Of a DNA stretch of 62,045 nucleotides, positions 37,223 to 45,896 are shown in pieces. Position 1 is the stretch's first letter. Every line of letters starts with the position of its first letter. The stretch is from Bacteroidales bacterium (GTDB taxonomy: Bacteria; Bacteroidota; Bacteroidia; Bacteroidales; VadinHA17): positions 1 to 62,045 of the forward strand of contig JAAZBN010000115.1 of NCBI GenBank assembly GCA_012513795.1. The letters are read 5' to 3'. The notes under the pieces are model-generated. The model was not told the DNA's origin and ran no database searches. It saw nothing but the letters and a program-made list of their open reading frames with translations. Position numbers and translations under genes: made by a program.

Positions 37223-38172
37223 ATGGTTGAAGGTGGTTTGGTTGCTATATTGTAGGTGACAGAGACCACTCCCGGTACGTTGTCAAGGATCTCCGCCGCC
37301 ATTTTTTCCAGCAGCTCAAAGGGCAGTCGTGTGGGTGTGGCGGTACGGGCGTCAACGCTGTCCCAGCAGCGCACCTCTATCTGTCTCCCGAAATCGCGCT
37401 TGCCGTCGCGCATGCCCGTCACACGGTCGTCATGGAGGATAGCCATATACTGAAAGGCGCCCCTCCCGGCAAGCAGTTTTTCCACAATCACTGTGGCCTT
37501 TCGTACAGTGTCCAGCTTTTCCTGTGTTACCTCACCGATGATACGTGCTGCCAGGGCAGGGCCGGGGAAGGGAATACGATTAAACATCTCCTCCGGAAGG
37601 CCGGCAGCGCGGCCGGTCATCCTGACGCCGTCCTTGCGCAGTTGAATCAACGGTTCGAGGATATGATATCCGAATGTTTCCTGGGGGTCAATACCCAGCT
37701 GGGCGAAGACATTGTGCTGGCGTTTGATGCCTGCCACGGTCTCATCGATATCGGTCAGTATGGTTCCCTGGAGCAGATACTTCGCTCCGCTTTCCCTTAC
37801 TATGCGTCCGAATACTTTCTTGTAAAAGGTCTGGGTTACAGCTTCGCGTTTAAGCTCAGGATCGGTTATGCCACGGAGTGCATCGAGGAACTCCTGCTGT
37901 GCGTCAATGATCTCCACTTTCACTCCGAGCTTCGTAAATACTGCCGCAACAGCTTCGGCCTCGCCCTCACGCATCAGTCCGTTCTGGATGAAAACTGTCC
38001 TGAGCCTGTCGCCCAGCGCCAGATGACCTATCATGGTTACCACCGATGAGTCCACACCTCCCGAGAGGGCATTGATGGCTGTGCCGTCACCCACGGCAGC
38101 CCTTATTTCGTTTACCTTTTCAGAAATGAACTGTTCAGTGTTCAGTTCCTGCGCCTTTATTTCCCGGATCAT
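37210..38172 (-). CDS. GMP synthase ATP-pyrophosphatase subunit-like protein (archaeal GuaA subunit B architecture, no GATase domain)
   Basis: PP-loop ALSGGVDSSV, then GITDPELKR, LLQGTILTDIDE, FPGPALAARI, and the GMP-synthase C-terminal dimerisation tail ending KPPSTIEAV. At 320 aa there is no N-terminal class-I glutamine amidotransferase domain. Confidence 0.75.
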   Translation of the reverse strand: MIREIKAQELNTEQFISEKVNEIRAAVGDGTAINALSGGVDSSVVTMIGHLALGDRLRTVFIQNGLMREGEAEAVAAVFTKLGVKVEIIDAQQEFLDALRGITDPELKREAVTQTFYKKVFGRIVRESGAKYLLQGTILTDIDETVAGIKRQHNVFAQLGIDPQETFGYHILEPLIQLRKDGVRMTGRAAGLPEEMFNRIPFPGPALAARIIGEVTQEKLDTVRKATVIVEKLLAGRGAFQYMAILHDDRVTGMRDGKRDFGRQIEVRCWDSVDARTATPTRLPFELLEKMAAEILDNVPGVVSVTYNIATKPPSTIEAV

Positions 38173-38193
38173 CTTTAATGTTTTTGGTTATTG

Positions 38194-38201
38194 CAAATAT
38201 A
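38194..38201 (-). promoter_or_regulatory. -7 promoter box for the guaA-subunit-B-like gene
   Basis: The minus strand reads TATATTTG, 21 nt upstream of the ATG at 38172. Confidence 0.45.
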
Positions 38202-38299
38202 ACAAAGGCAATTCGCCCTGCAGCAAAAGAACTCAACAAGTAATGAGCACCATTTCAACCGGAGCCGAAAAAATACTTGACAAGCCCTTTTCCGTGGTG

Positions 38300-38307
38300 T
38301 AAATTTG
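38300..38307 (+). promoter_or_regulatory. Possible -7 box for the OMP gene (long leader)
   Basis: TAAATTTG with a TTG 20 nt upstream. It lies 120 nt before the ATG at 38428, so a leader of about 115 nt would be implied. Confidence 0.3.
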
Positions 38308-38427
38308 ATTTATAATAAATAATAGCCTCAGGTACAATTATATAAGGAAGTTCCCGAAAATCCCCCGGTCAGAGTAGGGAGTGGTTGCCGAAAAACTCAA
38401 GAGTAGGCATTCTAAATCTATCTCACC

Positions 38428-39093
38428 ATGAAAAAAAATACTTTGTTGTCTGTTGTCTTTGCACTTGTTGTCACTGGTCTCATGGCTCAGTCTGAGATTC
38501 CTCAGCAGCTCCAGAAGGGGAATCTTCTTCTGGCAGTTACATCGTCTATCTCAATGGATGGCTCATGGGGCTCCGAAGTGTTCGGTATCGGATTTTCGAA
38601 CACCAAAACGAAGCAGGGTTCAGATCCTGCAGAAGACTATTACAGATGTACCGTGTGGAACCTGCTTCCAAGGGGAGGCTATTTTGTAATTGACAATCTG
38701 GCTGTCGGTCTTGAGTTTCTGGTAAGCGGTTACAGTGAAAAGCACGATGATGGATATGACACATGGAAGGAGTCAACCTTCGGGGCGGGCCCCTTTATCA
38801 GGTATTATTATCCTCTTGATCGCCTCTATCCCTTTGGGGAGGTCGAAATGCTGATAGGTACAAATAAAGAATCTTATAATGACAATGACTACAAATACAA
38901 CATTTTCCTGGTTGGTGGCTACCTGGGTGTTGCTGTTCCGCTCGGTGAAAGGGTAACCTTTGACATTAAAACCGGATATGCCCATTTAACCTCTTCTCAT
39001 AAAGGGTCGGAAATGGAAGACTACGACCATAAATATCTTACCGGAGGGATAGTCATTGCCATGGGTTTCTCAATATATCTTCCGATGCCCTAA
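38428..39093 (+). CDS. Small outer-membrane beta-barrel protein (OmpW/OmpA-barrel-like)
   Basis: Signal peptide MKKNTLLSVVFALVVTGLMAQ, alternating beta-strand pattern, aromatic-rich C-terminal strand GIVIAMGFSIYLPMP. Confidence 0.6.
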   Translation: MKKNTLLSVVFALVVTGLMAQSEIPQQLQKGNLLLAVTSSISMDGSWGSEVFGIGFSNTKTKQGSDPAEDYYRCTVWNLLPRGGYFVIDNLAVGLEFLVSGYSEKHDDGYDTWKESTFGAGPFIRYYYPLDRLYPFGEVEMLIGTNKESYNDNDYKYNIFLVGGYLGVAVPLGERVTFDIKTGYAHLTSSHKGSEMEDYDHKYLTGGIVIAMGFSIYLPMP

Positions 39094-39327
39094 AGGCAAC
39101 AGGGAAGAGACGAAACAGCTTTTGCATACAGTTTGGCAGAGTTGGGTAGGTAAACCCGCCTTAACGCCATAGTCTTCAGGTCTCAGTTTTACAATTCATT
39201 AATTTTTAACATCTGGATATCATCCGGATACCTGCCATCTTTTTCGGTATGAAGATTTTAGTTTTCCCCTGACAGTCGGCCAGAGTTCAAATACTTTTTT
39301 CTACCTTAATCCCAAATTTAGGACGAC

Positions 39328-41127
39328 ATGAAACGTACAGTAATACTGACACTTTTACTTGTGTCTGCGGTGATGGCATACGCCCAGCAGGGAACAAAGC
39401 TGACAATCCTGCATACAAATGATTTCCACTCTCATCTTCAGGGATTTGCACCTGAATCAGCCTATACTCCCGGCGTGGCAGACAATGATCCCACCCTTGG
39501 AGGGCTGGCACGCATTGCGGGTATTATTGCATCTGTACGGGAGGAGAATCCCGGTTCCACCCTGGTGGTTGACGGTGGCGATGCCCTTATGGGTACCCTC
39601 TTCCAGGCTCTTGAACCCGGAACGGGATTTCAGCTGCCGATGATGAAGAAGGCGGGGTATGATGTGATTGCGGTAGGCAATCATGATTTCGACTTCGGGC
39701 CGGAGGCCTATGCCGGCATCATCCGCAAGGGAAAAGAGAGAGGTGAACTCCCTGTCATGCTGCTTGGAAACGGCATCACTGATCCGGATGATCCTGCTGA
39801 TGACGCCTTTGAGGAAGTGATGCGTGATGGCCTTGTCAGACCATGGGTAATCAATGAGGTTAATGGGATCAGGGTCGGACTATTCTCACTCCTGGGCGAG
39901 GATGCAGACGAATCAGCGCCATACGCGGTTCCAATCATATTTGAGAAGAATGTAAAGGCTGCAAAACGACTGGTGAAGGAACTGAAAAACCAGGACTGTG
40001 ATGTCATCATCTGCCTGTCACACAGCGGTGTCTCCAGGGACAAAAAAGGGAACTGGGCAGGCGAGGACGCTCTGCTGGCGCGTAAGGTTAAGGGGATTGA
40101 CGTGATCATATCAGGCCATACGCATATCTATCTCGAAGAACCACTGATTGTCAATGGGGTGCCTATCGTCAGCGTTGGCACGGCAGGAACCCATGTGGGA
40201 AAGATGGACCTGACCGTCACAGGAGCCGGGGCCAATCTTGAAGGTTACACCATTATCCCCGTCAATGATGCAGCAGATGCGGTGGCATCCGTACAGGAGG
40301 AGATTGAAAAGCAGAAGCTTGAAATTGACAAATCTGTGCTGGCGCCACTCCGGCTGAGCTATGACATGCCCGTGGCAGTGGCCCCCTTCCGCATGGAGAC
40401 AGATGAACACGGAGACCTGGCAGCAAGTAACCTGGGGGCACTCATCGCCGATGCTATTCATTACTATGTCAATGATTTTGGTCCTGGCACTGATATAGCC
40501 ATGGTGGCCGCCGGTGTAATCCGTGACCCGATACTCCCGGGAACACAGAGTGTTGCGGATATTTTCAGGGTGATGTCGCTGGGATCAGGAAACAGTATCG
40601 TGCCCGGCTATCCTCTTTCGCGCCTCTGGGTCACCGGGAGGGAGCTGAAAAATATAGCCGAGATACTGATAATGTCATCAGCCTCCACACCGGCACACTT
40701 CTGCTATTACTCACATCTGCGGATAGAGTATGACCCCAAAGGAGGGCTGCTTAACAAGATACGTAAAATGGAATTCACAGACAGGGATGGAAATGTGGCC
40801 GAAGTAAATACCTCAAAAGATGACAAAAGACTCTATTCAATAGTGGCTAACTCATACATGCTTGATTTCGTGGGTATAATCAAGAAGATGTCGCTTGGCC
40901 TTATCAATGTCGTTCCCAAGGATGGTGAAGGCATTCCCGTTACTGACATGGATCTGACCGTTATTGATTTTGATCCGGAAGCACCCGGTATACAGCAGGG
41001 TCAGGAGTGGCTGTCACTGGTGAGATACCTTCAGCAGCTGCCTCCCGGAAAAGATCATGAACTGCCGGTCATCCCGGAGGATTACAGGGTTCCGGAACGT
41101 TCACTGGTTGTTACCGACCGCAAATGA
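39328..41127 (+). CDS. Secreted bifunctional metallophosphatase / 5'-nucleotidase (UshA-like)
   Basis: Signal peptide, then metallophosphoesterase motifs ILHTNDFHSHL, DGGDA, VGNHDFDFG, LSHSG and SGHTH, plus a 5'-nucleotidase C-terminal substrate-binding domain. Its stop overlaps the next gene's start (ATGA at 41124-41127). Confidence 0.8.
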   Translation: MKRTVILTLLLVSAVMAYAQQGTKLTILHTNDFHSHLQGFAPESAYTPGVADNDPTLGGLARIAGIIASVREENPGSTLVVDGGDALMGTLFQALEPGTGFQLPMMKKAGYDVIAVGNHDFDFGPEAYAGIIRKGKERGELPVMLLGNGITDPDDPADDAFEEVMRDGLVRPWVINEVNGIRVGLFSLLGEDADESAPYAVPIIFEKNVKAAKRLVKELKNQDCDVIICLSHSGVSRDKKGNWAGEDALLARKVKGIDVIISGHTHIYLEEPLIVNGVPIVSVGTAGTHVGKMDLTVTGAGANLEGYTIIPVNDAADAVASVQEEIEKQKLEIDKSVLAPLRLSYDMPVAVAPFRMETDEHGDLAASNLGALIADAIHYYVNDFGPGTDIAMVAAGVIRDPILPGTQSVADIFRVMSLGSGNSIVPGYPLSRLWVTGRELKNIAEILIMSSASTPAHFCYYSHLRIEYDPKGGLLNKIRKMEFTDRDGNVAEVNTSKDDKRLYSIVANSYMLDFVGIIKKMSLGLINVVPKDGEGIPVTDMDLTVIDFDPEAPGIQQGQEWLSLVRYLQQLPPGKDHELPVIPEDYRVPERSLVVTDRK

Positions 41128-41741
41128 TCATCAAAGCCAGACATATACCGTTTTTTGTCCGTTTCTTCAGTTTCTATTCGCGAAACGGACTGAAGAGGCA
41201 TTTCAACGATGTGATCTTTGAATGCAACGTCTCTGCCGCCGGCAGACCGCTGTTGCTGATAGGCAATCATTTCAGCTGGTGGGACGGGTTTATTGCCTAC
41301 CGGCTGAATGACCTCTTCCTTCACAAAAAGTTTCATATCATGATGCTTGAGGAGCAGTTGGAAAGCAGGCTTTTTCTTAACAAGGCCGGGGCGTTCTCCA
41401 TCAAACGGGGCTCACGATCGGTGGTGGAGACTCTCAGCTATACTTCAGGCCTGCTTCACGATGCAGACAATATGGTGGTGGTATACCCTCAGGGAGTCAT
41501 AACCTCGATACACCGGAGGCCTGTACAGTTCGAGAGGGGAACTGAGCGTATAATTGCCGGGGCCTCAGACAAACTGATGATCCTGTTTTATGTTGCACTG
41601 CCCGACTGGTATTCGGAAAAGAAACCGGGACTATATGTGAGGGTGATTGAGTATACGGCCAGGGAAAGAAGTATCACTGACCTGGAAGAAGCTTACAATA
41701 TGTTCCTTGACGAGTGCATTTCTAACCAGATACCTTCATGA
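41124..41741 (+). CDS. Lysophospholipid-type acyltransferase (CruD/CrtO-like carotenoid glycoside acyltransferase candidate)
   Basis: HX4D motif in GNHFSWWDGF. 205 aa. Operon context with the GT2 and carotenoid genes. Confidence 0.65.
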   Translation: MIIKARHIPFFVRFFSFYSRNGLKRHFNDVIFECNVSAAGRPLLLIGNHFSWWDGFIAYRLNDLFLHKKFHIMMLEEQLESRLFLNKAGAFSIKRGSRSVVETLSYTSGLLHDADNMVVVYPQGVITSIHRRPVQFERGTERIIAGASDKLMILFYVALPDWYSEKKPGLYVRVIEYTARERSITDLEEAYNMFLDECISNQIPS

Positions 41742-42838
41742 TACTGACAATAGCCGGGTGCCTCGTTCTCTTCCTGACACTGCTCCGCTTTATGGTGGCT
41801 CTGGTGAACATGCTCTCAAGGCCATACCTGCCATTTGCCGCCACGGATGAGGAGCATCTTCCTTCTCTCTCCGTACTCATACCTGTAAGGAATGAGGAGA
41901 GGAATATTGGAAGACTGCTGGGTTCACTGGCAGTTCTGCCTTACAGGAATGCCGAGATACTGGTTTATGATGACGGATCAACAGACAACAGCTCACAGGT
42001 CATTGCCGGTTATGCACGGATAGATAAACGGGTAAAGTGTCTCTGCGGCGATAGACTGCCAGAAGGATGGACAGGGAAAAACCATGCATGCCACCGACTG
42101 GCACAGGAGGCAAAAAATGATTATCTCCTTTTCCTCGACGCTGATGTGACAGTGGGTGAAGACCTGCTCAGGCGGGCTGTCCACTATGCCGCAAGGCACA
42201 GGCTGGCACTGCTGTCAATGTTCCCCAGACAGAAGATGAGAACAAGGGGAGAAAAGATAGTGGTGCCCTTCATGTTCAGAATATTGCTTTCTTTGCTGCC
42301 TCTCTTTCTGATACGCCGCTGCAGATGGAGCTCATTCTCAGCCGCCAACGGCCAGATGATGATGTTTCACGGTGGAACATACAGGCGGTACCGGTTTCAT
42401 GAGAGGGTGCGTGAAAGGATGGCAGAAGACATAGAGATCATGAGACTGATAAAGAGGTCTGGACTGAAGGGAGATACCCTTGTGGGGCGTAAGGAGATTG
42501 AATGCCGGATGTACCATGGATATACCGAGGGTGTCAATGGCTTCTCAAGAAACATCTTTTCAATGTTCGGCAACAGCCTCGCCTTCCTGCTGCTCTTTGC
42601 TGTGACAGGTCTTGCCGGATTTATTCTCCTTTTCTTCCTGCCATGGCAGTACGCAGCCTCCTATCTCCTGATGGTTGTTGGCCTGAATGCCATGATTGCC
42701 AGGACAAGCAGGCAGAAGATCAGTGAGAATCTTCTCTGGCTGTTGCCGGGTATTGCTGCTTTGTACCATATTGCATTCCTGTCACTTAAAAGGCGTGCCC
42801 GTAAAAATTTTGAATGGAAAGGACGAACAATAAAATGA
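41738..42838 (+). CDS. Membrane glycosyltransferase family 2 (CruC/CrtQ-like carotenoid glycosyltransferase candidate)
   Basis: N-terminal TM helix, GT-A motifs SVLIPVRNEE, YDDGSTDNS and FLDADV, and multiple C-terminal TM helices. ATGA overlaps on both sides. Confidence 0.7.
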   Translation: MILTIAGCLVLFLTLLRFMVALVNMLSRPYLPFAATDEEHLPSLSVLIPVRNEERNIGRLLGSLAVLPYRNAEILVYDDGSTDNSSQVIAGYARIDKRVKCLCGDRLPEGWTGKNHACHRLAQEAKNDYLLFLDADVTVGEDLLRRAVHYAARHRLALLSMFPRQKMRTRGEKIVVPFMFRILLSLLPLFLIRRCRWSSFSAANGQMMMFHGGTYRRYRFHERVRERMAEDIEIMRLIKRSGLKGDTLVGRKEIECRMYHGYTEGVNGFSRNIFSMFGNSLAFLLLFAVTGLAGFILLFFLPWQYAASYLLMVVGLNAMIARTSRQKISENLLWLLPGIAALYHIAFLSLKRRARKNFEWKGRTIK

Positions 42839-43584
42839 GAAGAATAACTACAGTACTACTGCTGATGACCCTCACCCTGTCAACAGGCTCTGTCATGGCC
42901 CAGGCTGACCGCAGCGGTTGTACCATATACAGGGGATATATAACAGGCAACATGGAGATGTGGAAAAAGGGGATGCAGGAGTTGCAGGAGCAGTTGCGGA
43001 ATGACCCGAAGGCATCCACACTATATACGCTGGCGGAAGCAAGATACGGTTATATCGGGTACCTGCTGGGAAGAAATGAGAAAGATGTTGCCAGGCCCCA
43101 GATAGAGACATTTGAGAGTGAGATTGAACAGCTTGGGAGGTTCCCTGAATACAGGGCTGAAACGGAAGCCTTCAGGGTAGCTCTCCTCGGTTTCAGAATG
43201 GGGCTCAATCCTGCACGTGCGGTGACCCTGGGTCCCAAGGCGCTGAAGCAGCTAGAGACAGCAATGGATGTGGGAAAAAACTCCGCTGTAGTGTGGATTG
43301 AAAAAGCAAACTCCGAGGCGCACATGCCTGCCTTTGCCGGAGGATCGAAAGAGAAAGCCGCCGCCTCCTTCCGGGAGGCGCTCAGGCTCTTCGAGGCTGA
43401 TGGCAGTGTTTCTCCCTGCAACTGGAGATATCTTAACACAATGGTGCTTCTCGGCCAGTTGCTGGAGAAGACGGGTGACAACAGCGGGGCCCGTGATGCA
43501 TACCGCATGGCCCTGAAGCGGGCCCCTGACTTCCAGTGGGTACGCGATGAACTGTTACCGGAGATAGAGAAAAAACTAAAATAA
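42835..43584 (+). CDS. Secreted all-helical (TPR-like) protein of unknown function inside the carotenoid-type operon
   Basis: Start set to the ATG at 42835 (MRRITTVLLLMTLTLSTGSVMAQ, a signal peptide), which overlaps the GT2 stop as ATGA. The rest is helix-rich with normal composition. I recognise no catalytic motif. Confidence 0.6.
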   Translation: MRRITTVLLLMTLTLSTGSVMAQADRSGCTIYRGYITGNMEMWKKGMQELQEQLRNDPKASTLYTLAEARYGYIGYLLGRNEKDVARPQIETFESEIEQLGRFPEYRAETEAFRVALLGFRMGLNPARAVTLGPKALKQLETAMDVGKNSAVVWIEKANSEAHMPAFAGGSKEKAAASFREALRLFEADGSVSPCNWRYLNTMVLLGQLLEKTGDNSGARDAYRMALKRAPDFQWVRDELLPEIEKKLK

Positions 43585-43588
43585 AAAT

Positions 43589-45076
43589 ATGACAGCAAGG
43601 AAAGCGCTTGTAGTAGGCGCCGGGCTTGGCGGGCTGGCAACGGCCCTTAGGCTCAGGCGTCGGGGCTATGAGGTGGAGATGGTGGAGATGTACAAACAGG
43701 CCGGGGGTCGGTTGAACCAGCTGGTGGCAGACGGATTTACCTTTGACATGGCACCCACATTCTTCAGCATGAGCTATCACTTTGATGAGTTTGTCAGAGA
43801 TGCTGGTATAGAGATGCCCTTCCGGTTTGTGAAGATTGACCCGCTCTACCGAGTTAATTTCAGGGGCAGTGACAGATGGTATACCATCTACCGTGATCTA
43901 GACAAGCTCTCCCATCAGTTTGAGGATATAGAGCCCGGATTCAGGGAGAGGATGGAACGGTTCCTGGCATCAGCCGGAGCATTGTTTGATGATATAGAGA
44001 AAGGCGTTCTTTCAAAAAACTTCAGGTCGTTGCCCGATTTTCTCTTCCAGATGACCAGGCTGCCCCTGAAGCATGTGCCCAAGATCCTGCGTTCAGTGTG
44101 GAGCGAGATGAGCCGTTATTTCACCTCCTATGAGGTAAGGGTAATATTTTCACTGGTCTCCTTCTTCCTGGGAGCCACTCCCTTTGACACCCCCGCTGTA
44201 TATTCCATTCTCAGCTACACCGAGATGGTCCATGACGGCTACCACAATGTGGAAGGAGGGATGTACAGGATAGTGGAGGGGCTGCTTCGCGAAGCTGACA
44301 GAGCAGGGATAAAGATACATTACAATGTCACCATCTCCGGCTTTGACGGATCGGGTAAGAGGAACACGGCATTTATTGATACCCTGGGAAGACGCTGGGA
44401 TGCGGACATCTTCGTGGTCAACGCCGACGCCGCCATGTTTCGCGGACGGGTGTTCCGCAGGACGGCGTTCAGTGATGAAAAGCTTGACCGAATGCAATGG
44501 ACCCTCGCACCCTTCACCATGTACCTGGGCGTGAAGGGGAAGATGGAAAATATACATCACCATAACTATTTCCTGGGAGAAGGGGATTATGAGCCTTACT
44601 CGAAAGGCATCTTCCGCAACAGGGTATCACTTGACAAACCCTATTACTATGTAAATGCAAATGCCATCTTCAATCCTCAGAGCGCACCGCCGGGATGCGA
44701 AAATATCTTTATCCTGGTGCCTGTGCCCGACCTCCGGTTCAAGCCCGACTGGAGTGACAGGGAGCGCATTGCGGATGCGGTTATCAGTGACCTCTCGGCC
44801 CGGACAGGCCATAACGTGGAAGCCAACCTGATGACCCGTGTGGTGCTTGACCCGGCAGACTGGCAGAATATGTTCGGTCTCTACAGAGGCAGCGGCCTGG
44901 GGCTGGGGCACAAGATGACCCAGGTAGGTGGCTTCAGGCCGTCAAACAGGGATGAGGTATTTTCAAATGTATGGTATACAGGCGCTTCCACGGTCCCCGG
45001 TACGGGATTACCTATGGTGATAATCAGCTCCAAACTAACCGTCCAGAGAATAGATAATGAAATTGACACTCTATGA
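43589..45076 (+). CDS. Phytoene desaturase family FAD oxidoreductase (CrtI/CrtN-like)
   Basis: Rossmann motif VVGAGLGGLATALRL and GGRLNQLVADGFTFDMAPT, which recalls the CrtN/CrtI N-terminus. 495 aa. Confidence 0.85.
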   Translation: MTARKALVVGAGLGGLATALRLRRRGYEVEMVEMYKQAGGRLNQLVADGFTFDMAPTFFSMSYHFDEFVRDAGIEMPFRFVKIDPLYRVNFRGSDRWYTIYRDLDKLSHQFEDIEPGFRERMERFLASAGALFDDIEKGVLSKNFRSLPDFLFQMTRLPLKHVPKILRSVWSEMSRYFTSYEVRVIFSLVSFFLGATPFDTPAVYSILSYTEMVHDGYHNVEGGMYRIVEGLLREADRAGIKIHYNVTISGFDGSGKRNTAFIDTLGRRWDADIFVVNADAAMFRGRVFRRTAFSDEKLDRMQWTLAPFTMYLGVKGKMENIHHHNYFLGEGDYEPYSKGIFRNRVSLDKPYYYVNANAIFNPQSAPPGCENIFILVPVPDLRFKPDWSDRERIADAVISDLSARTGHNVEANLMTRVVLDPADWQNMFGLYRGSGLGLGHKMTQVGGFRPSNRDEVFSNVWYTGASTVPGTGLPMVIISSKLTVQRIDNEIDTL

Positions 45077-45896
45077 CTCCATTGCCCTTAAATGCAGCCG
45101 GGAGGTAACAACCGGCTACAGCACCTCATTCTCACTGGGCATACGGACACTGGCGAAAAAACACCGCCCTGCAATCTATGCTATCTACGGATTCGTCAGA
45201 CTGGCCGATGAAATAGTTGATACCTTCTTCGGACACAGACAGAGAGAGATGCTTGACAGATTCCGCAATGACACGGCGGAAGCGATAGCTGAAGGAGTAA
45301 GTTCCAACCCGGTACTGCACTCTTTTCAATGGGCTGTTAATACATATAATATTGACAGTGAATTCATTGAAGCCTTTCTTTATAGTATGGAGATGGATCT
45401 TGAGCAAAAGAACCATGATCATCACAGCTATGAAAAATATATATATGGCTCTGCCGAGGCTGTGGGTCTGATGTGCCTGAGGGTCTTTTGTCACGATGAC
45501 CCTCAGCGTTTTGACCGGTTGAGGGAGCCTGCCCGCATGCTGGGGTCAGCGTTCCAGAAGGTCAATTTTCTGAGGGATATCAGGAGTGATTATATTGATC
45601 GCGGCCGGGTATATTTCCCGGGAGTCGATTTCAATAATTTCTCCTCTCACGACAAAAAACAGATCGAGCAGGATATCGAAACGGATTTCATGACCGCCCT
45701 GGAGGGAATAAGGGCTCTTGACGGAGGCAGTCGCCGTGGCGTTTACCTTGCCTACTCATATTATCAGGCCCTTTTCAATAAAATCAGGAAAACACCCCCG
45801 GAGGCGGTGGCCGGTCAGCGGTTCCGTATCTCCAACACCAAAAAGATTGTACTGCTTGTTAAGGTTATTGTATTGGACTTAACGGGACTTATATGA
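45057..45896 (+). CDS. Phytoene/squalene synthase family protein (CrtB/CrtM-like)
   Basis: YSTSFSLG, YGFVRLADEIVD (first Asp-rich motif), AFQKVNFLRDIRSD (second motif). 279 aa. Confidence 0.85.
   Translation: MKLTLYDSIALKCSREVTTGYSTSFSLGIRTLAKKHRPAIYAIYGFVRLADEIVDTFFGHRQREMLDRFRNDTAEAIAEGVSSNPVLHSFQWAVNTYNIDSEFIEAFLYSMEMDLEQKNHDHHSYEKYIYGSAEAVGLMCLRVFCHDDPQRFDRLREPARMLGSAFQKVNFLRDIRSDYIDRGRVYFPGVDFNNFSSHDKKQIEQDIETDFMTALEGIRALDGGSRRGVYLAYSYYQALFNKIRKTPPEAVAGQRFRISNTKKIVLLVKVIVLDLTGLI

Noticed and set aside
38344-38410. Direct repeat AGAGTAGG x2 and a 19-codon mini-ORF (38243-38302) in the 256-nt spacer upstream of the OMP gene, considered as a possible riboswitch or leader peptide.
   Set aside because: I could find no convincing stem structure or terminator, and no resemblance to a known riboswitch. 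The mini-ORF lies upstream of the only plausible promoter box.
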